From contig CAVQBK010000013.1 of assembly GCA_963710755.1 (NCBI GenBank), forward strand, positions 160,001 to 224,000: a stretch of 64,000 nt of DNA. The letters are read 5' to 3'. Every line of letters starts with the position of its first letter. The first letter of the stretch is position 1. Under the pieces are notes generated by a model. That model did no database searches. It was not told the DNA's origin and saw nothing but the letters and a program-made list of their open reading frames with translations. Positions 17,667 to 27,100 of the stretch are shown here, piece by piece. This DNA is from an uncultured bacterium. GTDB lineage: Bacteria; Oederibacteriota; JAAXVQ01; JAUVAV01. The position numbers were made by a program, and so were the translations under genes.

Positions 17667-19349
17667 ATGAATAAAATGGCATTCCATAAATATAAACCTT
17701 ACCCCACCATCGACCTGCCCAACCGCACCTGGCCCAATCAACGCATTGTCAAGGCGCCCCGCTGGTCCAGTGTCGATCTGCGCGACGGTAACCAGGCCCT
17801 GCCCATTCCCATGAATGTAGAGGAAAAAATTGCTTTTTTTGAAATGCTGACCGCGATTGGCTTCAAGGAGATCGAAGTCGGCTTTCCCAGCGCTTCCCAA
17901 ACGGAGTTTGATTTTTTACGGCGCCTGGTGGATGAACAGCGCATTCCCAAGGATGTCACCATCCAGGTGCTGGTGCAGGCACGGGAACATCTCATCCACC
18001 GCACCTTCGAGGCTCTGGCCGGTGTACCGCGGGCCATTGTGCATTTTTACAACTCCACCTCCACCCTGCAGCGCAAGGTGGTGTTTAAGAAAAGCCGTAG
18101 GGAAATTACCCAAATCGCCACCGATGCCGCCCGGCTGATCAAAAAGCTGGCTCAGGAGACAGCAGGCACGGAGATCACCTACGAATATTCACCCGAGAGC
18201 TACACCGGCACGGAATTGGATTATGCCATCGAAATCAGTGAAGCGGTCATGGACGTGCTGGAACCCACCATGGAACATCCGGTGCTGATCAATTTGCCGG
18301 CTACGGTGGAAATGGCCACGCCCAATCTCTATGCGGATTCGGTGGAGTATTTCATCCGCCATTTAAAAAATCGCGATCGCGCGGTTATTGGCCTGCATAC
18401 CCACAATGACCGCGGTACAGCTGTGGCCGCCGCGGAACTGGCCCTGATGGCTGGGGCCCAACGGGTGGAAGGCACGCTCTTCGGCAATGGCGAGCGCACC
18501 GGCAATCTGGACATTGTCACCATGGCCCTTAATATCTTCAGCCAGGGCGTGGACCCTGAACTGGATCTTGCCAATCTTCCCAAAATTGGTGCGCTCTATG
18601 AAAAAGTGACCAAACTCAAAATCCCCGAACGCCAGCCTTATGCCGGGGAATTAGTCTACACCGCTTTTTCCGGTTCCCATCAGGATGCCATTGCCAAAGG
18701 CATGCAAGCCCTGCGCCAGTCCCAGGATGGCCTGTGGGCTGTGCCCTACCTGCCCATTGATCCCAAAGATGTAGGCCGCGATTATGAAGCCATTATCCGC
18801 ATCAACAGCCAATCCGGTAAGGGCGGGGTGGCGTACATCCTGGAAAAAGGCTTTGGTTATCAGCTGCCCAAAGGCATGCACCCTGAATTCGGCAGGATCA
18901 TTCAAGAGATCACCGACCGGACCTGCAAAGAATTAACGGCCGAAGAAATCCTGGCGGCTTTTAAATCCACCTATCAGGATCAGGCTGAAAAGTGGCAGCT
19001 GATGGATTGGGACGTCCATACCCTTTCACCTAAAGCTGATGCCTCCTCAGCCCAAACTCAGGTTCAGGCACAACTGAAAATTGACCATGAAGTAAAAAGC
19101 ATAGACGCCAAAGGTAATGGCCCGGTAGACGCCTTTATCAAAGGATTGCAGCAGGCAGGCTATCCAAACATCGAAGTTTGCGATTACGCGGAACATGCCC
19201 TCAGCGAAGGCTCGGAGGCCAAGGCGGTTTGTTACGTTCAGATTAAAACCAGCCAAGGCACAGCCTATGGCGTAGGCGAGGACAGCAATATCGCCCTGGC
19301 GCCCATCAAAGCCGTGCTTTCCGCCATCAGCCGGCTGGACCTTAGGTAA
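17667..19349 (+). CDS. leuA: 2-isopropylmalate synthase (yeast/actinobacterial type)
   Basis: DLRDGNQAL, EVGFPSAS, HTHNDRG, GNGERTGN, RINSQSGKGG, C-terminal GNGPVDA regulatory domain; ATG 17667 after AAGGAG. Confidence 0.96.
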   Translation: MNKMAFHKYKPYPTIDLPNRTWPNQRIVKAPRWSSVDLRDGNQALPIPMNVEEKIAFFEMLTAIGFKEIEVGFPSASQTEFDFLRRLVDEQRIPKDVTIQVLVQAREHLIHRTFEALAGVPRAIVHFYNSTSTLQRKVVFKKSRREITQIATDAARLIKKLAQETAGTEITYEYSPESYTGTELDYAIEISEAVMDVLEPTMEHPVLINLPATVEMATPNLYADSVEYFIRHLKNRDRAVIGLHTHNDRGTAVAAAELALMAGAQRVEGTLFGNGERTGNLDIVTMALNIFSQGVDPELDLANLPKIGALYEKVTKLKIPERQPYAGELVYTAFSGSHQDAIAKGMQALRQSQDGLWAVPYLPIDPKDVGRDYEAIIRINSQSGKGGVAYILEKGFGYQLPKGMHPEFGRIIQEITDRTCKELTAEEILAAFKSTYQDQAEKWQLMDWDVHTLSPKADASSAQTQVQAQLKIDHEVKSIDAKGNGPVDAFIKGLQQAGYPNIEVCDYAEHALSEGSEAKAVCYVQIKTSQGTAYGVGEDSNIALAPIKAVLSAISRLDLR

Positions 19350-19355
19350 ACGTCC

Positions 19356-19387
19356 AAGAGAGGCATGGCCTCTTCCATGCCTCTCTT
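19356..19387 (+). terminator. Stem-loop after leuA (second hairpin at ~19398-19436)
   Basis: 13-bp stem AAGAGAGGCATGG/CCATGCCTCTCTT followed by a T-rich tract. Confidence 0.6.
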
Positions 19388-19577
19388 CCATTCTATTTCC
19401 CGCTGGCCAACTCCGTCGAGGGTTGGCCAGCGGAACAAATAAGCCATGTGTAATAATCCAACCAAAGAACCAGTAAATTACTTAATTTAAAAATCCGAAT
19501 AAAATACTTGATATTTAATCGATAACAGCCTTATCATCTGCTCATAAGAATTTAACAATCTTAAAAGGAGGTGCAGT

Positions 19578-20900
19578 ATGAAATTTACAAAACTAGGTCT
19601 GGCATTGGTTTTAACCGTAGTCATGAGTACTTCTGTAAGTTGGGCCATGGATGCGCGCAAGCAAGTCCTTGGTATCGGCGTCGGGGTTGTAGGTGAGAAT
19701 TCCCCGGCCGGACTGGTATTGGATTCAGCCGATTCTTTTTCCAATCCTGCTTACATGCTCTCCTACGCCAATCTGCTCGGCCTGGAAGGGGTGGCAGGCG
19801 TTAATGATCTGTACACAGGCTTTGCCTTTGCCGACCTTTCCGTAGTGGGTGTGCCCGGTGTGCTCGGCTTCCAAATTGGACGCAACTTCGGGCTCATGAA
19901 GACGTCCACCCTCAGCACGACCGATGACCTCAATGATTTGAATGCCCGGATTTCAGGCCTTGGAACCGGCCTCAACAACAACGCTCTTATCGACGGCACC
20001 AGTCTTAATAACCTCAATGATGTTCAACCCTATGGTTTAATGTATGCTTTGAATTTGATGGAAGAACTGCAGATCGGTGCTGCCATCAATTTTGTCGGCA
20101 ACAGCATCAAAGGCAAAGCCCTGGTGGGTGATCCCACTTCCGCTGATTTGGAAAAAAGCATCAGCGATCTGGAAGTTCGTCTGGGCGCTGTAATGACTAT
20201 TATGCCCGAGCTTACCGGCTCGGTAGATGTGGGCTTGAATTTCCCCAATTATACCTTCAAATACAACAGTGCTGCCTTGGACCAAAAAGCCGAATTCAAT
20301 GCCTTTAACCTGGATGTGAATGCGCGCCTGGGCTGGGCTTTGAGCAACCAGTTCGAAACTGTGCTGGTGGCCGGCTATGCCAACAATGGTGGTGACACCA
20401 AAATTGATCCAGACGAAGCCAATGCCAATGACGACCTGACACTGACGCTGGGCAGAAGCGATGTTTCCGTGGGTATTGGCGGCTTGATTAAGGACGAAAC
20501 CGGCCTGGTTGGTGTTCTGCTCGGATTCATGTCCCAGGATTATTCCTATGAAGTAAAAACTACGGTTGGCACCCTCAAGAACAATCCCAGCTATACTTAT
20601 TTTCCATCCCTCAAATTATTGGCGGAAAAGAAACTGGCCCAATGGTTCACCTTGCGCGGTGCGGTGGGCTATACTTATCAGGGACATTCCACCAGCTATT
20701 CCGACCCCACCATCAGTTATACCCAGCATGCCAAAGCTACTTCCTATGTAGTGACAGCTGTTGGGGCCACAGTTTCCATCAATCCCTTTTACTTTGAAAC
20801 CGTGCTTTCCAAAGATCTGCTTTTCAACGGTCCCTGGCTGATCGGCGGCGTAATCGACACCGGATTAAATACAGTGCTGTCGTTGGGGTATCGTTTCTAA
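19578..20900 (+). CDS. Outer-membrane beta-barrel protein (porin-like)
   Basis: AGGAGG RBS, signal peptide ending SWA, amphipathic strands, C-terminal SLGYRF. Confidence 0.75.
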   Translation: MKFTKLGLALVLTVVMSTSVSWAMDARKQVLGIGVGVVGENSPAGLVLDSADSFSNPAYMLSYANLLGLEGVAGVNDLYTGFAFADLSVVGVPGVLGFQIGRNFGLMKTSTLSTTDDLNDLNARISGLGTGLNNNALIDGTSLNNLNDVQPYGLMYALNLMEELQIGAAINFVGNSIKGKALVGDPTSADLEKSISDLEVRLGAVMTIMPELTGSVDVGLNFPNYTFKYNSAALDQKAEFNAFNLDVNARLGWALSNQFETVLVAGYANNGGDTKIDPDEANANDDLTLTLGRSDVSVGIGGLIKDETGLVGVLLGFMSQDYSYEVKTTVGTLKNNPSYTYFPSLKLLAEKKLAQWFTLRGAVGYTYQGHSTSYSDPTISYTQHAKATSYVVTAVGATVSINPFYFETVLSKDLLFNGPWLIGGVIDTGLNTVLSLGYRF

Positions 20901-20928
20901 GATTAATCATTGTAATTTTCAAGGGTAT

Positions 20929-20960
20929 TAGTAGGGGCGGGTTTAAACCCGCCCCTACTA
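20929..20960. repeat. Perfect 32-bp palindrome, GTAG-type REP-like element and probable bidirectional terminator
   Basis: TAGTAGGGGCGGGTTTAAACCCGCCCCTACTA between convergent genes. Confidence 0.7.
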
Positions 20961-20971
20961 TTTTGCTGCCA

Positions 20972-21562
20972 TCATTTTTCCTCAAGATAACAAAAACACT
21001 CCTGCAAATGATCATTCACCATGCCTACGGCCTGCATGAAGGCATAGCAGATGGTGCTGCCCACAAAAGAAAAGCCTCGTTTTTTCATGTCCTTACTCAT
21101 GGCGTTCGATTCTCTGGTTTGGGCTGGTATCTCCCGCATGTTGGTATAATGGTTGTGGAGCGTTTGATAGCCCGTAAATTGCCAGATATAGCGGTCAAAG
21201 GTGGTAAATTCTTTTTGCACCTTTAAAAAAGCCCGGGCATTGGTGACTGCCGAGCGGATTTTTAATTGGTTACGTATGATACCGGGGTTTTGGAGCAACC
21301 GGTTAATCTTGGCTTCTTCGAAACGGGCCACCTTGCGCGGATCAAAACCGGCAAAAGCTTGACGATAGGCTTCCCGCTTTTTCAACACTGTAATCCACGA
21401 CAATCCGGCTTGCGCACCTTCCAGCACCAGCATCTCAAAAAGTTTTTGATCATCATGCACAGGCCGGCCCCACTCCAAGTCATGGTAAGCGGTATACAAT
21501 TCCCCTATCACCCAGGGACAACGTTTTTTCTCCATCGCTTTTCCCTTCGCCCGAACGTTCAT
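20972..21562 (-). CDS. tag: DNA-3-methyladenine glycosylase I
   Basis: RCPW, YHDLEWG, LEGAQAGLSW, IIRNQLKI, FMQAVGMVNDHLQEC. Confidence 0.95.
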   Translation of the reverse strand: MNVRAKGKAMEKKRCPWVIGELYTAYHDLEWGRPVHDDQKLFEMLVLEGAQAGLSWITVLKKREAYRQAFAGFDPRKVARFEEAKINRLLQNPGIIRNQLKIRSAVTNARAFLKVQKEFTTFDRYIWQFTGYQTLHNHYTNMREIPAQTRESNAMSKDMKKRGFSFVGSTICYAFMQAVGMVNDHLQECFCYLEEK

Positions 21563-22947
21563 AATTGGCCTCCACCGTACGCACGTGGAAAAGCAATGAC
21601 ATCGCGGATATTCTGCATGCCCGTGATAAATTGCACCATGCGCTCGAATCCCAACCCAAAGCCGGCATGAGGCGCGCTGCCAAAGCGGCGCAGGTCCAGA
21701 TACCAGCCATAATCAACAGGGTTAATGCCCGCTTCCACCATGCGGGTCTGCAGGCGCTCAAGATTATCCTCGCGCTCACTGCCGCCGATAATTTCGCCTA
21801 GCCTGGGTACCAGCACATCCAAGGCCCGTACGGTTTGGTCATCGTCATTGAGTTTCATGTAAAACGCCTTGATACTCTTGGCATAATCGGTCACCAGTAG
21901 CGGCCGTTGATAAACTTTTTCGGTTAAATATCGTTCATGTTCAGACTGTAGATCCATGCCCCAATGTACAGGAAACTCGAAGGGTTGGGATGCTTTTTCC
22001 AACCGTCGGATAGCTTCGCTGTAGGTGATGCGTTCAAAGGTCTGGGCGCTCAGGCGTTGCAAATGATCAAGCAGACCTTTTTCAATCCACTGATCAAAAA
22101 AAGCCATCTCCTGCGGACACCGGTCCAGCACATCGGTAATAATCGATTTTAAAAAGGCTTCAGCCACATCCATGTCTCCGTGAATGTCACAAAAAGCCAT
22201 CTCCGGTTCCACCATCCAGAATTCCGCCAGATGGCGGCTGGTGCCGGAATGCTCGGCACGAAAGGTAGGGCCGAAGGTATATACTTTCCCCAGGGCCAAG
22301 GCCAGGCTCTCCCCTTCCAGTTGCCCGCTCACCGTCAGGGCTGCCCGCTGTCTGAAAAAATCCTGATCATAATCAATCTGTCCTTCTTTTCTGGGTACTT
22401 GCGTCAGAGGCAACGTGGTCACCTGAAATTGCTGGCCTGCGCCTTCACAGTCACTGCCAGTGATGATGGGGGTATGAATATAAAAAAAGCCCCGTTCATC
22501 GAAAAAACGATGGATAGCCATACTCAGCGCATGGCGCACTCGCATGACCGCGCCCTGCGTGTTGGTACGGCACCGAAGGTGGTTCATCTCTCGTAAAAAT
22601 TCAAAACTGTGCCTTTTTTTTTGCAAGGGATAGGATTGAGGATCAGCGGGCCCAATGATCGAGATTGTTTGCGCACGGCATTCCACGGCCTGCTCCTTGC
22701 CTGGTGACGCCACCAACATGCCGGTCACGGTCACACTGCTGCCGGTGGTTAACTGAGACAACAGGTCGTGGTAACCTTCCAGGCCCTCATCCATCACTAC
22801 CTGAAGGTTGGCCAGGCAAGACCCGTCATTGAGTGCAAGAAAACAAAAAGTCTTGCTTTCCCGCTTGGTACGGATCCAGCCGGAAACACGCACGTCCTCC
22901 TCTCCCGGTGGTCGGCTCAGTAATTGTTGTATGGGGTATTGGTTCAT
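21559..22947 (-). CDS. asnS: Asparagine--tRNA ligase
   Basis: OB-fold N-terminus, [35 protein letters not shown]; start at ATG 22947. Confidence 0.97.
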   Translation of the reverse strand: MNQYPIQQLLSRPPGEEDVRVSGWIRTKRESKTFCFLALNDGSCLANLQVVMDEGLEGYHDLLSQLTTGSSVTVTGMLVASPGKEQAVECRAQTISIIGPADPQSYPLQKKRHSFEFLREMNHLRCRTNTQGAVMRVRHALSMAIHRFFDERGFFYIHTPIITGSDCEGAGQQFQVTTLPLTQVPRKEGQIDYDQDFFRQRAALTVSGQLEGESLALALGKVYTFGPTFRAEHSGTSRHLAEFWMVEPEMAFCDIHGDMDVAEAFLKSIITDVLDRCPQEMAFFDQWIEKGLLDHLQRLSAQTFERITYSEAIRRLEKASQPFEFPVHWGMDLQSEHERYLTEKVYQRPLLVTDYAKSIKAFYMKLNDDDQTVRALDVLVPRLGEIIGGSEREDNLERLQTRMVEAGINPVDYGWYLDLRRFGSAPHAGFGLGFERMVQFITGMQNIRDVIAFPRAYGGGQL

Positions 22948-23127
22948 GGCCCGCCTCTTTAATAGGTTCTCGCGAATTACCCGCATCTCAGAGTCTGTGT
23001 CAAAACTTCAAAATCGCCTCTCCCCCCGATGAGGGGAGAAGGGATTATTAAGCGATGCACACAGATTTTTAATGCAGGGCATTTTATTTTTATAAAGTGC
23101 AGTTATTTTACACCAAATCGAGGACAT

Positions 23128-23172
23128 AAAAAAAGAGGATACTGAATTCAGTTGGAACCCAGCATCCTCTTC
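23128..23172 (-). terminator. Intrinsic terminator after the PorV-like gene
   Basis: Minus strand GAGGATGCTGGGTT...AATTCAGTATCCTC followed by TTTTTTT. Confidence 0.7.
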
Positions 23173-23203
23173 ACTCATCCATAAATGCAGCTGTTTTTAC
23201 AGC

Positions 23204-24115
23204 TTACTTCTTTCCAAAGGCATAACCCAGGCTGAAGCGATGAACGCTTTCCACCGTGGACTTAAGGGCAAAAGCATAGTCCACACGCAGGCCTTCAATG
23301 GCAATACCGGCACCAACGGTCAGAGAATCAAATTCATAACCTAATTTGTAGCCGGCACGCAGAAAGAGCATGTTTTGCCACGCATACTCCAATCCGAGGT
23401 GCTGCTTAGGTGTATCATCGTTATACAAAAGCACATCCCCGGCCAGTGTCAGGCCGTGTTGGCCGGCCAAGGCCAGTTGATAAGCAGCGCCCAGACGCAG
23501 TAAGGTTGGCATAGGATCTCCGCTGTTCTCATAAACGATGTCCGTACCCAAATTCTGTAAGGCTGCTCCCACACTGAGTCCCGGCAGATCCAGCAAATGA
23601 TACTGGGCTCCCACATCTAACCCAAAAGCCAAGGCATCATATTCTTCCAGCAAGGTGGAATAAAACGCTTTGACGCTGCCGCCAATGGCAAGTGCGGAAT
23701 TTAATTGATGACCATAACCTACCGTGAGCACATAATCGTTTTGCGACGTCAGCGTGTCTTGAGTCCCGTCCAGATAATTAATGGTCATCTTCGCACCCAG
23801 TAGATTAACTACACTGAGACCCAATCCCCCATGTCCGAACCATTCCACAGGCACCCCCAAGGCCAGATTGAGATTTTTATTGTCAAAGCTGTTGAGCGCC
23901 ATCATACTACTGAGTTGCGGCGCTTCCAGCGCCGCCAGTCCGGCGCTGTTGTAGGCCAGCTGGTTGATGTCACCGGACAGCGCCACGCCGGTCTCGCCCA
24001 TTCCAACTTGTCTGGCGCCTATGGGTTCCCGCAACAGCTCGCCACCACTCAACGTCCAGCCAAGATTGCTCAACAAGACTAAGGATACTGCCGCTATCGC
24101 GCTCAATATTTTCAT
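23204..24115 (-). CDS. PorV/PorQ-family (UPF0164, FadL-like) outer-membrane barrel
   Basis: IGARQVGMGE and YNSAGLA N-terminal motifs, LRAGY, HRFSLGYAF end; ATG 24115 with AGGAGG RBS. Confidence 0.85.
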   Translation of the reverse strand: MKILSAIAAVSLVLLSNLGWTLSGGELLREPIGARQVGMGETGVALSGDINQLAYNSAGLAALEAPQLSSMMALNSFDNKNLNLALGVPVEWFGHGGLGLSVVNLLGAKMTINYLDGTQDTLTSQNDYVLTVGYGHQLNSALAIGGSVKAFYSTLLEEYDALAFGLDVGAQYHLLDLPGLSVGAALQNLGTDIVYENSGDPMPTLLRLGAAYQLALAGQHGLTLAGDVLLYNDDTPKQHLGLEYAWQNMLFLRAGYKLGYEFDSLTVGAGIAIEGLRVDYAFALKSTVESVHRFSLGYAFGKK

Positions 24116-24147
24116 TTGATTTGCCCTCCTAAGCTGCTTGGTTGCCA

Positions 24148-27100
24148 TTATTTAATCACCGCCACTCTGACGTATTTGGTTACATTCGGCGTTTTGACCA
24201 ACACAATATAAATACCCGACGGCACAATCTCGCCTTGCGCGGTTCGCCCATCCCAAGTAGTTTCGTGCATCCCGGCTGTATATACCCGCTCTTTCACAAG
24301 CTCGGCAATTAGTTTCCCTTGCAGGGTGTAGACTTTAATGTCCACCAGGCCTTGGTTTTCACAGTAAAAACTGATAATGGCCGGCTGATCATTGCGGGTG
24401 GGGTTGATTTTATTGTTATAGGCCTTGACCGGGGTTTCCCGGTCCGTATGCACCACTGAAGTGGGCGTGCTGGTGGGAATCAACGTACAGGTCGCTGTCG
24501 GGGTAGATGTTGGGGTTGGGGTAAGGGTGGCCTCAGGCGTACCTGTTGTTGCCGTCGGGGTGGGGGTTGCTGTTAAGGTGGGCGTAGGTGTGGCCATCGG
24601 ACCATTGACGTCGATGCGCGGCGAATACCCTTGAGCCACAGGATTAGGATCTCCGGCATCAAGATCGCGAGCTCTGATGTATATCGTTCCGCCCAGATTA
24701 TAGGTTTCATTGGGTATGGTGCAGACACCATTGATGGTTTGGCCGGTGTTAATGTATAGCGTTCCAGTGGCCGGTGTAAGTGGTGAAAGGCTGCTGTAAA
24801 CATCAAGTGCAAATAACCTGTTTATATTGATAATTTGATTCAACGTATCATGGACAATTTCCACCCTCACATTAAAGGTGTTGGGATGGGCTTCCACCAA
24901 AACAGTTTGATTATCCGACACGCGGATGCCATCAATCACCAATTCATAATGGAACAAGCCGGTCTGGGAGATCCGGAGATACGCTACCGTTAAACTTTCA
25001 GCACCATCTATAATCGAGCCATTGGTCAGGTCGTAAGGCCTTAAAGTTCTCAACCCATTGCTGCGCAGTTGGGCGCTGAACCAAGCCCGGCCACCGGCCA
25101 GAGTGCTGTTAAGAAACGCCCCGGAATTGGGTTCCGCTTCGCTATTGGGATCATCAGAACGTAGTTCAATGGAATTGGTCGGCGCGCTGCTGCCTACAAA
25201 GTTACCGAACAAGTCCACCGCCTGAACCGTTACGGGGAAGTAAATCCCTTCCACTTCAATGTTGCCTTCATAAGTAGTACTGGTTGGTCCTGAAACGCCG
25301 CTATACCAACTATTGGCCGGCAGACCCTGCACAGCCCCGATGGCCAGGCCGGAATTACCGCTGCCTTCCACGGCGGTCAAGCCGGGCACCAATATCTGAA
25401 GTCCATAATAAGCACCGGGATTAACGGTAATATTGGGCGTGGTCCCGTCCGTGGCCGTCACTGTGGTAGGGCTAAAGGTGATGGTCTGGGTCCCGTGGGT
25501 ATGGAATCTGAAGGTGTTGGTAAAGTCGGCATAGCCATTGATATTATCCACCTGTTTATTGGCCGGTGGTGGCGAGAAGGGATCAGATGTATCGAGTGTC
25601 ACATTGAAGGACGGCGTGCCCTTCACAATATTGCCGTAGATGTCGCAAGTATAGGCCCGCAAAGCAGAAGCATGAATCCCCGCTGTTTCCGCCGAAGGAC
25701 TACCGAAGTTGTTAAATACATTTACTGACGCAGGTGGCGGTGTGGAAGAATAAAGCGCGCCCGTGGGATCTACATAAGTACCACCGGCACCCATATCATC
25801 GGGAATACTCATGCCTGTGGTATAGGCCACCACCCGGGCAAAAGAATTATTAAGGACATTGAAATTTTGGGATACGCCGGTACGGCCTCCGGCGCCAAAA
25901 TCATAAGCCGCGGTCAGGAATTCCCCGCCACCGGTAACCTTTTTGTACACGTAAATCCAGGGATAGGAAATACCTTCGGTCCACTTGGTGGCATCAAGCG
26001 TTCCCAATTTGGTAGGCCACATGCTCTTATTGCTGATATCCGTATTGGCGCTCAAATTAACACTGGTATAGGTCCCAAAGGCCGCGCCGCCATTGAGTGA
26101 GTTGAGGGTGTTGCCGTAACAATCCACAGCTGCCACGGTGACGGCAAAGGGTACACCAGCTTTCGCTGCACCGCTGCTGAAAGCGGCCTGGCTGGTATTG
26201 ATGATAAAGTTAAACCTTCTGGTCCTGCTATCATAAGGTGAAACAATATCCAGATTGGCTGCGGCGTGTTTGACAGGCACCGCATTTTTATTGGTGCCAA
26301 GAACATAAGTGGTATAGCCGCCTAAATTCACACCGATCTGCTGGCCTGTACTGCCGTTAACCTTGTAGAGCACAAAGCTGTTGTTGGCCTGATAAACACC
26401 ATTGCTCAGATTCACGGACAAGGTACCACCGCTGAATTGACCCACCCCCAGGATTTGAGCCGGGAAAGGGTCGCTGCAGGTGATGGTGACGGCTGCATTG
26501 GCATCTTGCGCGGGCGTGGTGACGGTGTTCCAGTAGTCATCGCAGAGATAGAAATCAATTTGGGAAATAGGCGCACCAGCCGTCTGTTCCGCCGGTTGCC
26601 CTTGCACGGACAACGCCCCAGTTGGATCAATGTCAGGATTAAGCCCATTGTACCGCTCCATGCCCCCTTCTTCCACAATCAGCATTTTGGTGGGCACATT
26701 ATGGCAAATCCTAATGGTGGCTGAGTTGTTCTGGGTCGCCCCCAAAGATACGGTAATATTATTGTTTTCAGTAGGTGTCCGGTTGGCCCTGAACACGGTG
26801 ACTTGCCCATTCCACACGCCGTTGGTGAAGGTAATGGAGGTGGGACGAATGACTTTCATGGTCGGGCTATGATCAAGGGTGCAGCTTAGATCAGCAGCAC
26901 CATTAAAGGTCGTGGCCACATGGGTGCCATCGGACCAGGCGGTAATGGACACATTGACCGGCACGCCGGCCACCCATTGCGACGGCCATGCGCCACCGCT
27001 GACCAGTTCCAGGTCAAAGTGATCCATGCTAAAGGTGGTGATGGTATAAGGCGTTACATAGGTATTGACGCCAGGTGCAGGATTGTCAATGGTAATCGAG

